A stretch of 64,000 nucleotides of DNA from an uncultured Ruminococcus sp. GTDB lineage: Bacteria > Bacillota > Clostridia > Oscillospirales > Acutalibacteraceae. Made by a program: the position numbers and the translations under genes. The notes under the pieces are model-generated. The model was not told the origin of the DNA. It saw only the letters and a program-made list of their open reading frames with translations, and searched no databases. The stretch lies in the NCBI GenBank assembly GCA_902773635.1, contig CACYFH010000001.1:2154-66153 (forward strand), read 5' to 3'. Every line of letters begins with the position of its first letter. Position 1 is the first letter of the stretch. Shown one piece after another: positions 19,041 through 29,097 of this stretch.

Positions 19041-20450
19041 TCAATCGGGCTTTTTGGGCGGTGTGCCGCCGGCATGACCGCCGGAGGAGCTGACGGTGAA
19101 TGTGATCGCGGAGCCTGAGGATGCTGTGCCCGCTTGGTATTCGACGCCGTTGACATACAGCTTATGACCGTTGAGATCAATGCTGTCGGCGTCGCAGGTC
19201 AGCGAGGTGATATAGCTGTCGGACGTCAGGATCCACTTGGAACCGCCGCTTAATTCTACATACACGTCGCCCGCGTCTCCTGAGCTGTTGACAGAACCGG
19301 AGAAGGTTGATTTATCCTTCAAATAGAGATTCAGCACGCTGATATCGTCGACGATCATATCGCCGTTGATCTCCTGATTTGTCGCGTTCAGGTTGACCTG
19401 ACCGCCGTTGGAGCCTTCGCTGCCCCAGCCAGCCGCTGCCGCCCGGAGGAATACGCCCTCTGTATCATTATTGACGATGGTCGCGTTGCTCAGGGTGATA
19501 TCGGTAGCGGTATTGTTGACGAAGAAGATATCGCCGTTTTGATTCGTCAGTGTACCGCCGTTCATCGTAAAGGACGAGGTACCCTCTGCCGCGTCGCCCG
19601 ACATGCTCTGATAGATCATGACGGCCTGATAGTAAGCGGATTTATCGCTGTTCTTCTTGTTGTTATCGGCGTTGAGAGTGACGTTGTTCAGCGTGACGCT
19701 GTTCTTGCCCTCGACGACGACGCCCTGAGAAGCGGTCGAGGTCATCTCGGCGTTCGATACGGTGATATCGGCTGTCGAATAAATGACGGGCGAGCCTGTG
19801 CCCGAGGTGGTGTAGCTGCCGCCGTCCACGTTGACCGTGCCGCCGCCGCGATCGGAGCGGATTGCCGCAGAGGAATTGCCCGAGGTGTTGACGGTGAGGT
19901 TTGTCGCGTTCATCGTGCCGCCGCCGGTCGTCATCAGACCGCCCGAGCAGTTGCCGCTCGTTTCGATATAGGAATCGCTGATGTTGACGGTCGTGCCCTC
20001 ACCGTAGCTGAACACGGCGTTGGCGTGCTTGCCGTCGGTTTTGATGACCATTTCGCTGAGGTCGAGAGTGCCGCCGTTGGTGGCGAAGATCGCGGCGTTA
20101 TCGCCGTAGAAGTCCGCCTCGTCGCCGCTGTCGCTGTCGCCTGTCTTGACGACCTTCGTATTGCTGTAGGTCGCTGACTCTCCGTCGGCAAGGATCGCGT
20201 GCTCGCTGTCTGCGCTGTTCTCGATCGTATCATTGATCGTGATATCCGCTTCTGTCAGCTTGTTGACAGTCGCTTCCGCTGCGGACGCGGCGCTCGTTGC
20301 GGCAGGTTGTGTCGTTTCACCGGCGGTCGCGATGATCGCCTGTGTTTCTGTTGCCGATTGATTACTTTCTGTGTTACCGGCACACGCCGCGAGTGATGCG
20401 GTCATGATACCCGCTAAGATAATGGCTAAGCCTTTTTGATAATGTTTCAT
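19041..20450 (-). CDS. Lipoprotein with predicted right-handed beta-helix (adhesin/autotransporter passenger-like) domain
   Basis: Lipobox SLAAC; Thr/Ala linker; G/S/T/N-rich repeats (IxTxGxxSxA); ends SKWILTSDSYITSL...IDLNGHKLYVNG; RBS AGGAGG. Confidence 0.75.
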   Translation of the reverse strand: MKHYQKGLAIILAGIMTASLAACAGNTESNQSATETQAIIATAGETTQPAATSAASAAEATVNKLTEADITINDTIENSADSEHAILADGESATYSNTKVVKTGDSDSGDEADFYGDNAAIFATNGGTLDLSEMVIKTDGKHANAVFSYGEGTTVNISDSYIETSGNCSGGLMTTGGGTMNATNLTVNTSGNSSAAIRSDRGGGTVNVDGGSYTTSGTGSPVIYSTADITVSNAEMTSTASQGVVVEGKNSVTLNNVTLNADNNKKNSDKSAYYQAVMIYQSMSGDAAEGTSSFTMNGGTLTNQNGDIFFVNNTATDITLSNATIVNNDTEGVFLRAAAAGWGSEGSNGGQVNLNATNQEINGDMIVDDISVLNLYLKDKSTFSGSVNSSGDAGDVYVELSGGSKWILTSDSYITSLTCDADSIDLNGHKLYVNGVEYQAGTASSGSAITFTVSSSGGHAGGTPPKKPD

Positions 20451-20518
20451 ATGAATGCCTCCTGTTTTTGGTATGCCGTTATGATACTCTGTCAATATGA
20501 CAACGACATGACGCTAGT

Positions 20519-20595
20519 GTGAAAGTTCCGTGAAATTACCATAATGTGACGGTTGTGTGAAAGTTACCTGAAAGCTTTGTGAGAACTCTTGAAAC
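20519..20595. promoter_or_regulatory. Tandem (G)TGAAA(G) direct repeats with about 11-bp period
   Basis: Copies at 20519, 20530, 20557, 20568, 20579 and 20589 in the divergent intergenic region. Confidence 0.6.
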
Positions 20596-20669
20596 TCCTT
20601 TTTGATTTGTGTATGATGCAAATGAAAACCGAAAGAAACACCATTCCATAAATCGAAAGGAGACCCATT

Positions 20670-23228
20670 ATGACACGAAAAATCTTATCCGTTATACTGG
20701 CGCTCATGCTGGTACTCACCTTTACGATCCCCGTCTTTGCGGGATCGGTCGACACGGCGGCTGCCGCTGTTGTCGTCGATCAGAGCGCAGAGCTGACCTT
20801 CTCGAACAGCGGCATCACCGAGACTCAAGCGGGTAGCGGTTATACCATTGACGGCACGACGCTGACGATCACCACGGCAGGCACTTACCGCATCGGCGGC
20901 AGCTGCTCCGAAGGCGCGATCATCGTCAGCAAGGGGCTGAGCGACGTTACGCTGATCCTCGATGACCTGACGCTTTCGTCATCCGCGACCGCACCGATCG
21001 TCGTGAAGAAGTCGGCTACGGTCAATATTCATCTTGAGGGCGCTTCCACCCTTACCGATAACGAGAATCCTGCTAACGAGACCTCGACCGATACGACCGT
21101 TGCGGATGCATTTGAGGGCGCGGCGATCAAGGTCAAGAGCGGCTCGACCGTGACCTTCTGCGGCGACGGTGATCTGAACATCGTCGCGAATGCGAAGAAC
21201 GGCATCAAGGGCGGCGCGACCGCCTCTCTGATCTTCAATGGCAGCGGCACGATCAATGTCAGCGGCAACGCAAAATACTATGGCGCGACGACCTCCGGCG
21301 CGGCGGTCAATAACGGTATCGCGTGCGACGGCAGTCTCGTATTTAATCAGGGCACCTATGTCATCAAAGCCGCGAACGACGGCATCAAGAGCGCTCCCGA
21401 TGCGACAGATGAGACCGAAGGGACGACCATCGACACCGAGTCGGCCGGTACCGTTACCATCAACGGCGGCGTCTTCGATATCGACGTTGACGGCGACGGC
21501 ATCCAGGCGGACACGGCGCTGAACATTAGCGGCGGTACCTTTGATATCCGCACCTGGAAGGGCTACAGCGTATGGAACGACACGCTCGCCAATGCGTATA
21601 GCTGTAAGGGCTTGAAGGCGTCCGGCGACCGCGCGGAGGAAGCGGGGATCGAGCCCGCTCTCAACATCACGGGCGGTACGTTCACGCTGAACACCGGCGA
21701 CGACGCTGTCCACTCCGACGCGTATGTGACCGTGACCGGCGGCACCTTTACCATTCAGACGGGTGACGACGGTATGCACGGCGACACCTCCCTCACCATC
21801 GGCACACAGGGCGGCTTGACCCGCGATCCCGATATCACCATCAACAATTCCTATGAAGGGCTTGAAGGCGGCACGGTCTATATTTATTCCGGACGCAGTT
21901 ATGTCGTCGCGAGCGACGACGGCGTGAATGCGGCGGGCGGCAGCGCGAACGGCTCCGATCCCGGCGCGGGCGGCGGCAACACCTTTAATCCCGGCGGTGG
22001 TCCCGGTGGACATCCGGGCGGTGGCGGCTTCAATCCCGGAGGCGGCTCCTCTGCCACAACCGGCAACTATAACATCTACATCTACGGCGGCGATCTGTAC
22101 GTCAACTGCAACGGCGACGGACTCGACTCCAACGGCGGCTTGTATCTCTACGGCGGTACACAGGCAGTGTTCAGCATGAGGTCCGGCGGCGATAACTCCG
22201 CGATCGACGCTGACGGCACTGTTTCGATCCAGGGCGCGACCATCTTCACTGCGGGCACTGCGGGCATGGACGGCTCGGCGAAATCAAGCTGGTTCGGCTC
22301 GAACCAGAAGTATTCCTACAGCTCCACGAGCTACACAGCCGGTAAGATCATCAACACCAAGGCAGGCAGCAGCGGAAGCGTTGTATTCAGCTATTCGCTC
22401 CCGAAGGCGGTCAATTATATCATGGCTTCCTGGCCGTCTACGGTTTCATCAAGCACACCTTCCTTTGTGACCGCGACAAGTGCGACAGCATGCAAGGGCG
22501 GCTCATGGAGCCATAGCTGGAATTCCGGCACGGTGACGACCGCGGCGACTGCAACATCTACAGGCGTGATGACCTACACCTGCACTAAGTGTGGCGCGAC
22601 TGAGACACAGACGATCCCGATGGCTGTTTCTGTTGATGCTTGCGATCATTCCGTCGAGCAGGAAGCGGTCGCCGACAAGGGCTACACCGTGACCTTCGCG
22701 GGCGACGGCGGCGTTGAATCCGTTACCGTATATCAGACGCAGGATACTGCGGGTGCATCTGAATCCGTTTCAGCGTCCGGCACGACGGTATCGCGCAGCA
22801 GCTCTACCGGCGAGCCTGACTCCACCGGCGACGGTCAGGTCAACTTCACCGTCGTCCTCAAGGACGGCTACACCTTGAGCGACGTCGCGGCGACTGAGGG
22901 AACATACAAGAATATCAAGGACTTATCAAACAACACCTACCGTATTACCAAGATCAACGCGGATACGACCGTTACGATTACGACCGAGAAGAGCGAGACG
23001 CCCTCCGGCTATCTCCTCGGCGATGCTGACGGTGACGGCGAGATCACGATCAGCGACGCGACTGTCATCCAGCGCGCGCTAGTCGGTATCGAGGTACCCG
23101 CTTCCTTTAACGAGACTGCGGCAGACGTAGACGGCGACGGCGAGATGACGATTGCGGACGTGACCAGCATCCAACGCTATCTCGCGGATATCGAGACCCC
23201 CTACGCCATCGGCGAGCTAAAACAATAG
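20670..23228 (+). CDS. Secreted Cthe_2159/DUF4353-type beta-helix carbohydrate/polyanion-binding protein with C-terminal dockerin
   Basis: Signal peptide; repeated DGI/DDAVH/DDGMH/EGLEG/DGLDSNG motifs; GGPGG linker; HSWNSG..TYTCTKCG motif; dockerin GDADGDGEITISDATVIQRAL / DVDGDGEMTIADVTSIQRYL. Confidence 0.85.
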   Translation: MTRKILSVILALMLVLTFTIPVFAGSVDTAAAAVVVDQSAELTFSNSGITETQAGSGYTIDGTTLTITTAGTYRIGGSCSEGAIIVSKGLSDVTLILDDLTLSSSATAPIVVKKSATVNIHLEGASTLTDNENPANETSTDTTVADAFEGAAIKVKSGSTVTFCGDGDLNIVANAKNGIKGGATASLIFNGSGTINVSGNAKYYGATTSGAAVNNGIACDGSLVFNQGTYVIKAANDGIKSAPDATDETEGTTIDTESAGTVTINGGVFDIDVDGDGIQADTALNISGGTFDIRTWKGYSVWNDTLANAYSCKGLKASGDRAEEAGIEPALNITGGTFTLNTGDDAVHSDAYVTVTGGTFTIQTGDDGMHGDTSLTIGTQGGLTRDPDITINNSYEGLEGGTVYIYSGRSYVVASDDGVNAAGGSANGSDPGAGGGNTFNPGGGPGGHPGGGGFNPGGGSSATTGNYNIYIYGGDLYVNCNGDGLDSNGGLYLYGGTQAVFSMRSGGDNSAIDADGTVSIQGATIFTAGTAGMDGSAKSSWFGSNQKYSYSSTSYTAGKIINTKAGSSGSVVFSYSLPKAVNYIMASWPSTVSSSTPSFVTATSATACKGGSWSHSWNSGTVTTAATATSTGVMTYTCTKCGATETQTIPMAVSVDACDHSVEQEAVADKGYTVTFAGDGGVESVTVYQTQDTAGASESVSASGTTVSRSSSTGEPDSTGDGQVNFTVVLKDGYTLSDVAATEGTYKNIKDLSNNTYRITKINADTTVTITTEKSETPSGYLLGDADGDGEITISDATVIQRALVGIEVPASFNETAADVDGDGEMTIADVTSIQRYLADIETPYAIGELKQ

Positions 23229-23240
23229 GATTTCCTTTTA

Positions 23241-23283
23241 AACAGAACCTCCCGATCGCGTTTTGCGGTCGGGAGGTTCTTGT
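23241..23283. terminator. Terminator hairpin between convergent genes
   Basis: AGAACCTCCCGATCGC-gtttt-GCGGTCGGGAGGTTCT. Confidence 0.7.
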
Positions 23284-23324
23284 AAACGGGCTGATTTGAT
23301 CGGGAATGTTTTTGGATACGGGCG

Positions 23325-23546
23325 TCACTTTTTCCTCGTGATCAGGCTGATGATCTTATCGGAATGATGGACCACGATGTACGAGCCTGCGAGGGCGATG
23401 CCGGAAATGATGAAGTTGATCGTGAGCTTGCGGCTGATCTTTTTCATTTCCTTTTGGAGCTTCTTCTCGACCGCTTCCGCGATCATGGCTTTGAGCTTAT
23501 CCTGTGCGGATTCTTTCAGATCCTTTTTGATTTTGTTCATGATCAT
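23325..23546 (-). CDS. Small coiled-coil protein with C-terminal TM helix (hypothetical)
   Basis: RBS AAGGAG; upstream TTGACA-17-TAGTTT; Lys-rich helix followed by a hydrophobic segment. Confidence 0.6.
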   Translation of the reverse strand: MIMNKIKKDLKESAQDKLKAMIAEAVEKKLQKEMKKISRKLTINFIISGIALAGSYIVVHHSDKIISLITRKK

Positions 23547-23747
23547 GCTTCTGTCACTCCTTGATTTTATCGCTCCGATCCAAGATAAGAGCTTCTGAGA
23601 ATAAACTACCATATCGGGAAAAGAATGTCAATGATATTTGTCGTCCCGAGAGGATGTTTTTTCGCTGAATCAGGCGAATTCTATTGACAGAAGTCTGATT
23701 CGGGAATAGAATGGAAAAGCTGGATTTTCAGAAAGCATGGGAAGTAT

Positions 23748-24458
23748 ATGAAACGTCAATTTGTCAAAGGAATGAAGCACGGCGTTCCGATCATGCTGGG
23801 GTATCTCAGCGTATCCTTCGGGTTCGGCGTGCTGTGTATACAAAAGAATCTGTCTATCCTCACGGCGGTCGGTATCTCTGTGACGAACCTGACCTCTGCG
23901 GGTCAGGTAGCGGGCGTGGGCGTGATCGCCGCGGGCGGCTCGATCCTCGAAATGATCCTCTGTCAGCTCGTGATCAACCTGCGCTATTCGCTCATGAGCC
24001 TGAGCCTGTCGCAGAAGCTCTCGCCGTCGTTCACCTTAGGGCACAGACTGCTCGCGGGCTACGGCGTCACGGATGAGATCTTCGCCGTTGCGTCCGCTCA
24101 GCCTGAGCCGATTGAGCCCGCCTACATGTACGGGCTGATCCTCACGCCCTTTATCGGCTGGAGCGGCGGCACGCTGCTCGGCGCGGTAGCGGGGGATATC
24201 ATGCCCGCGAATGTGACGGCGGCGCTCTCGCTGATGCTCTATGGCATGTTCATCGCCATCATCATCCCGCCCGCCAAGAAGAACCATAAGGTGCTGATCG
24301 TGATCCTGATCGCGGCTGTCATCAGTGTGATCATCCACTTCCTGCTCCCGATGATCTCGTCGGGCTTCTCGGTGATCATCTCGGCGGTGATCGCCTCCGT
24401 GATCGGCGCGCTGTTCTTCCCGGCGGAGCAGCAGGAGAGAGGGGAGGGTGAGGCATGA
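23748..24458 (+). CDS. azlC: AzlC family branched-chain amino acid exporter permease
   Basis: PIMLGYLSVSFGFG; INLRYSLMS; GVTDEIFAV; promoter TTGACA-17-TAGAAT upstream. Confidence 0.9.
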   Translation: MKRQFVKGMKHGVPIMLGYLSVSFGFGVLCIQKNLSILTAVGISVTNLTSAGQVAGVGVIAAGGSILEMILCQLVINLRYSLMSLSLSQKLSPSFTLGHRLLAGYGVTDEIFAVASAQPEPIEPAYMYGLILTPFIGWSGGTLLGAVAGDIMPANVTAALSLMLYGMFIAIIIPPAKKNHKVLIVILIAAVISVIIHFLLPMISSGFSVIISAVIASVIGALFFPAEQQERGEGEA

Positions 24459-24763
24459 GCATCGTCGTGTATATCGCCGTCATGGCTGTGACGACCTACC
24501 TCATCCGCGTGATACCCTTCGCGGCTGTCCGCGGCAAGATCAAGTCCCGCTTCATCAACTCCGTGCTGTACTACATCCCTTACGCGGTGCTCTCGGCGAT
24601 GACCTTCCCCGCGATCTTCTTCGCGACAGGGGACGTGATCAGCTCCTCGGTCGGCACGGTGATCGCGCTGGTCATGGCATATTTCAACCTGCCGCTGATC
24701 GTGGTCGCGCTGTCAAGCTCGCTGGGCGCTTTCCTCACCACCCTGATCATACAGCTTTTTTGA
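24455..24763 (+). CDS. azlD: AzlD family protein
   Basis: MAVTTYLIRVIPF..LYYIPYAVLSAMTFP; coupled to azlC. Confidence 0.88.
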   Translation: MSIVVYIAVMAVTTYLIRVIPFAAVRGKIKSRFINSVLYYIPYAVLSAMTFPAIFFATGDVISSSVGTVIALVMAYFNLPLIVVALSSSLGAFLTTLIIQLF

Positions 24764-24879
24764 TCAAAACCTCGCTTCGGCGGGGTTTTTTCTGTATGTT
24801 TTGGTTACAAACTTGCTATTGAATAATCAGATCGGATATGGTATAATACATAAGATTATAAAGGAAAGTATGTGCTTTT

Positions 24880-25578
24880 GTGACTAACGACACCTGTAAA
24901 TCGCATAATAAATGTAAATTGATCGTCATTGACGGGCTGGACGGCTCGGGCAAAGCGACCCAGACGAAGCTCCTCTGCGAGCGGCTGAACCATGAGGGTT
25001 ATCAGGCGCGGACGATCAGCTTCCCCGATTATGAGAGCGATTCCTCCGCCCTTGTGCGGATGTATCTCGGCGGCAAGCTCGGCAGCAGTCCCGACGATGT
25101 CAACGCCTATGCTGCGTCGTCCTTCTATGCGGTCGACCGCGTCGCTTCCTATATCAACTCATGGGGGAGAGACTATGCGGCGTATGACTACATCATCGCC
25201 GACCGCTATACCACCTCTAACATCATCCACCAGATGTCAAAGCTCAAAGAGAATGAGCGCGAGAGCTATATCGAGTGGCTGTTTGATTATGAATACAACC
25301 GCCTCGGCATCCCTGCGCCGGATCGTGTGATCTTCCTCGACGTCGATCCCGCCGTCAGCCAGAAGCTCATTTTCGGGCGTTATCAGGGCGACGAGAGCAA
25401 GAAGGATATCCACGAGCGCGATTTTGAGTATCTCCTGCGCTGTCGCGCGTCCGCTGAATACGCGATCAAACATCTCGGATGGCTGAGGATCGAATGTGCC
25501 GAGAACGGTCAGATGCGCTCCATCGAGTCCATCAACGACGAGATCATGACGCTGGTCAAGGGTAGTTCGCATGCTTGA
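24880..25578 (+). CDS. tmk: Thymidylate kinase family protein
   Basis: IDGLDGSGKAT P-loop; SFPDY; IADRYTTS; PDRVIFLD; DIHE. Confidence 0.85.
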   Translation: MTNDTCKSHNKCKLIVIDGLDGSGKATQTKLLCERLNHEGYQARTISFPDYESDSSALVRMYLGGKLGSSPDDVNAYAASSFYAVDRVASYINSWGRDYAAYDYIIADRYTTSNIIHQMSKLKENERESYIEWLFDYEYNRLGIPAPDRVIFLDVDPAVSQKLIFGRYQGDESKKDIHERDFEYLLRCRASAEYAIKHLGWLRIECAENGQMRSIESINDEIMTLVKGSSHA

Positions 25579-26443
25579 TTTCAGAACACCGACCTTAGAG
25601 GACAGAGAGCGCATTGAGAGCTTTGTGCGGAATTGCGGTCAGATCGGCTGCGATATCTCCTTTGCCAACACCTATCTCTGGCGCGAGTACTACGATATCC
25701 GCGTCGCCTTTGACGGTGATACCTACTATAAGTGCTATGCGGACAAAGGACAGATCACAGGCTATGCGCTCCCCGTGACGCACGGAGACTTGAAGAAGGC
25801 GGTCGAGAATGTGATCGCCGACGCGCAGAAACGCGGTATCAGACCGCTGATCGGTCTGTTGAACACCGCGAACGCTGAGCTGATCCACAGGCTGTTTGCG
25901 GACAGGATCCTGCGGATCGAGGAGGACAGAGACGCTTTCGATTATATCTATGAAAGAGAGAACCTCGCGAACCTCGGCGGCAAGAAATACCACGCAAAGC
26001 GGAACCATCTCTCCCGATTCCTGCGGGAGCATGAGGATTATTCTGTAAAAGAAATATCTGCCGAGACGCTGGAGGACGCTTACGCCGTCGCCGTCAAATG
26101 GCAGGAGAACAATGACGACACCGGCGAGCTGCGGATCATCCGCGACGCGCTCGACCACTTTGACGCGCTGGGGCTGTTCGGCTTGGTGCTCTATGTGGAT
26201 GGCGCACCCAAGGCGATGTGCATCGCGAACGAGCTCAACGACTGCGTCTGCGACGTCAGCTTTGAGAAAGCGGTCGAGATCAACGAGGCTTACGCCGTGA
26301 TCAACAATGAATTTGCGAAGCATTTTACAAAGTATCAGCTCATCAACAGGGAAGAGGATCTCGGGCTCGAGGGCTTGCGAAAGGCGAAGCTGAGCTACCA
26401 TCCGGATATCCTGTATTCCAAGAGCGTTGCGTATTTTAAATAG
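25571..26443 (+). CDS. DUF2156 (MprF/LPG-synthase C-terminal, GNAT-like) protein
   Basis: DYIY..LANLGGKKYHAKRNH; FEKA; INREEDLGLEGLRKAKLSYHP. Confidence 0.85.
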   Translation: MLDFRTPTLEDRERIESFVRNCGQIGCDISFANTYLWREYYDIRVAFDGDTYYKCYADKGQITGYALPVTHGDLKKAVENVIADAQKRGIRPLIGLLNTANAELIHRLFADRILRIEEDRDAFDYIYERENLANLGGKKYHAKRNHLSRFLREHEDYSVKEISAETLEDAYAVAVKWQENNDDTGELRIIRDALDHFDALGLFGLVLYVDGAPKAMCIANELNDCVCDVSFEKAVEINEAYAVINNEFAKHFTKYQLINREEDLGLEGLRKAKLSYHPDILYSKSVAYFK

Positions 26444-26455
26444 GGAGGTATAACT

Positions 26456-26995
26456 ATGTTTTATTGCTTTTTAGCCGACGGCTTTGAAGAGACCGAGGCG
26501 CTCGCGCCGGTCGATATCCTGCGCCGCGCCGATATCCCGGTGACGACGGTCGGCGTGACAGGCGAGGTCGTCACGAGCTCGCACCATGTCCCCGTGACCG
26601 CCGATATGACGATCGACGAGTTTGAGATCGACGACGAGATCCGCGGCGTGATCCTGCCGGGCGGTATGCCGGGCGTGAACAATCTCTATGCCAACGAGAC
26701 CGTGAAGGAAGCTGTTTCCTTCTGCGCTTCTCATGATCTTTTCGTCTGCGCGATCTGCGCCGCTCCCTCGATCCCCGGCAGAATGGGTCTGCTGGAGGGG
26801 AAGAAGGCGACCTGCTTCCCCGGCTTTGAGAAGTATTTCATCGGCGCTCAGGCGCTGACCGATAAGACCGTGACAGACGGCAAGTTCATCACCGCGAAGG
26901 GCGCGGGCTGTGCGCTGGACTTCGGCTTTGCGATCGTCTCCGCTGTGGAAGGCGAGGAGAAGGCGGCTGAGATCGCCGCCGCGATGCAGTGCTGA
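26456..26995 (+). CDS. DJ-1/PfpI (YajL/ThiJ) family protein
   Basis: GFEETEA; LPGGMPG; AICAAP catalytic Cys; ATCFPG. Confidence 0.92.
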   Translation: MFYCFLADGFEETEALAPVDILRRADIPVTTVGVTGEVVTSSHHVPVTADMTIDEFEIDDEIRGVILPGGMPGVNNLYANETVKEAVSFCASHDLFVCAICAAPSIPGRMGLLEGKKATCFPGFEKYFIGAQALTDKTVTDGKFITAKGAGCALDFGFAIVSAVEGEEKAAEIAAAMQC

Positions 26996-27585
26996 TGAAT
27001 CCCGCGAATCCCGCTTCGTCCGCGAAAGCCTATCTGCGCGATTTCTTCAAGGAACGCCGCGGACAGCTCGCTGAGGATCCCGCCCGCAAGGAAGCGCTCG
27101 ATATGGAGATCCAGACGCGTCTGCTGATCTCTCCCGAATACCGCGCCTCTGAGACGGTGCTCGTCTATCTCGCGCGTCCCTTTGAGATCGCTACCTCCAT
27201 GATCATCTACGCCGCTTTGGCGAATCATAAGGCGGTCGGGCTTCCCGTGACGCTCGAGGATCATCGGATGGTCTTTCGCCGTATCACTTCTTTACAGGAG
27301 CTCGAGCCCGGACGCTTCGGCATTCTGGAGCCGACCGCATCCTGTGAAGAGATCGTCCCCGATGAAAAGACACTCTGTGTCTGTCCGGCTCTCTGCTGTG
27401 ATATGCAGGGGAGGCGGCTCGGCTTCGGCGGCGGGTACTATGACCGCTATCTCGCGGACTTTCCCGGCGTGAAGGCGGCGCTGTGCTACTCCGACAGCCT
27501 GATCCCTCTGATGGAGCACGACGGCTTTGACGTTCCGATGGACGTGGTACATACAGATAATTTTTCAAGGTATATGAAAGCATAA
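26995..27585 (+). CDS. 5-formyltetrahydrofolate cyclo-ligase
   Basis: FGILEP; RLGFGGGYYDRYL; DVPMD. Confidence 0.9.
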   Translation: MNPANPASSAKAYLRDFFKERRGQLAEDPARKEALDMEIQTRLLISPEYRASETVLVYLARPFEIATSMIIYAALANHKAVGLPVTLEDHRMVFRRITSLQELEPGRFGILEPTASCEEIVPDEKTLCVCPALCCDMQGRRLGFGGGYYDRYLADFPGVKAALCYSDSLIPLMEHDGFDVPMDVVHTDNFSRYMKA

Positions 27586-27612
27586 ATTTCTCATGATGCA
27601 AGGAGCATAAGT

Positions 27613-29097
27613 ATGAGTGATTATATAGACAGCAATTCTACCGGCGAATCCATTGAGGAGACCCGCCGCAAAAAGATGGAGGAGTTCCGCCGCAACGCGA
27701 ACCACAGCGCGATCCGCGGCGAGCTTGACACGGAACCGGAGAGCGTTCCCGTGCAGAGGGAATATGATCTGGACGATTTCGACGACAGCGTTTCCGGGGC
27801 GGATACTACCGATGAACCGAAAAACCGCCGCAGAAAGAACCAGGAGATCAATTCCTACTCCGACAACGACACCAAAATGCGGATAGAGCGCGACAGCAAG
27901 AAGGCGCTCAAGCAGCAGAAGAAGGAAGAGAAGAAAATCGAGAAGGAGAAGGCGAAGCGTAACCGCCGTATCTTCAAGTTCGTCTGGATCTCCATGATCG
28001 TGATCGTAGCGGTCGTCCTCTCTCAATTTATCCTGGTCGGCGTGAACGATCTGCTGGGCGTTTCCCGCGAGGAGAATCCCACCAAGGTGACCTTGAAGAT
28101 CCCCGCGAATCCGTCTATCGACCAGATCGCGGATATCCTCTATCAGTCCCGCGTCATTAAGCAGCCCTTCTTCTTCAAGCTGTACGCAGGCTTCACCTCC
28201 TCGGAGGAGGGCTTCCGTCAGGGCGACTTTGAGATCGAGACGGACAAGGACTATGAGGCGATCATCAACTTCCTGCAGAGCAACGTCAACCGTACCGATA
28301 TCGTCAAGGTGCAGATCACCGAGGGTATGAATACGCTCGAGATTGCGAGCACGCTGCATGAGCAGGGCGTTATCAGTGATATCCAGCAGTTCTCCGACCT
28401 GTGCAACAGCACCTATTTTGACGAGGACTTCACCTTCCTGACCGAGTTCAAGAACGCGAACGAGCGTTACTATAAGCTCGAGGGCTATCTCTTCCCCGAT
28501 ACCTACGATTTCTACATCGGCGAGGATCCCAAGTCCGTTATCACCAAGTTCCTCAACAACTATGAGAACAAGGTCATCCTGCATAAGGAAAAATACTTCA
28601 ACAACTCCAAGAAATCCACTCTGGAGACCGAGGCGAAGGCGACCGGCTACACGCCGGATGAGATCCTGACCATCGCTTCCATCATCCAGGCTGAGGCGGC
28701 GTCGCGCGAGGATATGTACTACATTTCATCCATCCTGCATAACCGTCTGAAATACGGCGTGGAGTACGGTGTGGCACAGCTCAACTGCGACTGTACCGTC
28801 TACTATCCCTACCGTAAGGCGTCCGACGTGCCGGAGAGCATCCGCGCGACCTACCACTCTACATATAATACCAACGACTTCGCCGGTCTGCCGCCGGGTC
28901 CGATCTGTAACCCCGGCGCCGAGGCGATCAAGGCAGCCATCAGACCGTATGAGACGGATTATCTGTACTTCTGTCATGACACCGTGGAGAACGGCTCGAT
29001 CCCGTACTACTCCACCACGATCGACGAGCATAACTACTATCTCTCCATCATCGGCACCGGTACGCCGGCGTCCACCGAGGCGAATTCCAATGGTTGA
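27613..29097 (+). CDS. mltG: Endolytic transglycosylase MltG (YceG) with long cytoplasmic N-terminus
   Basis: TM anchor; LEGYLFPDTY; ASIIQAEA; YNT..GLPPGPICNPG; YLYF. Confidence 0.9.
   Translation: MSDYIDSNSTGESIEETRRKKMEEFRRNANHSAIRGELDTEPESVPVQREYDLDDFDDSVSGADTTDEPKNRRRKNQEINSYSDNDTKMRIERDSKKALKQQKKEEKKIEKEKAKRNRRIFKFVWISMIVIVAVVLSQFILVGVNDLLGVSREENPTKVTLKIPANPSIDQIADILYQSRVIKQPFFFKLYAGFTSSEEGFRQGDFEIETDKDYEAIINFLQSNVNRTDIVKVQITEGMNTLEIASTLHEQGVISDIQQFSDLCNSTYFDEDFTFLTEFKNANERYYKLEGYLFPDTYDFYIGEDPKSVITKFLNNYENKVILHKEKYFNNSKKSTLETEAKATGYTPDEILTIASIIQAEAASREDMYYISSILHNRLKYGVEYGVAQLNCDCTVYYPYRKASDVPESIRATYHSTYNTNDFAGLPPGPICNPGAEAIKAAIRPYETDYLYFCHDTVENGSIPYYSTTIDEHNYYLSIIGTGTPASTEANSNG

Noticed and set aside
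23640-23660. Possible attR copy of the tRNA-Arg 3' end
   Set aside because: Only a short CGTCCC match in the wrong orientation; no integrase present
28675-28700. MltG motif ASIIQAE instead of ASIIEKE, suggesting inactivation
   Set aside because: The second, more conserved Glu is retained, and as I recall Gln at the first position is common in Firmicutes
28769-29089. N-terminal extension of the U32 ORF overlapping mltG
   Set aside because: Alternative-frame shadow with Arg/Pro/Ser-rich nonsense composition; homology starts at 29090
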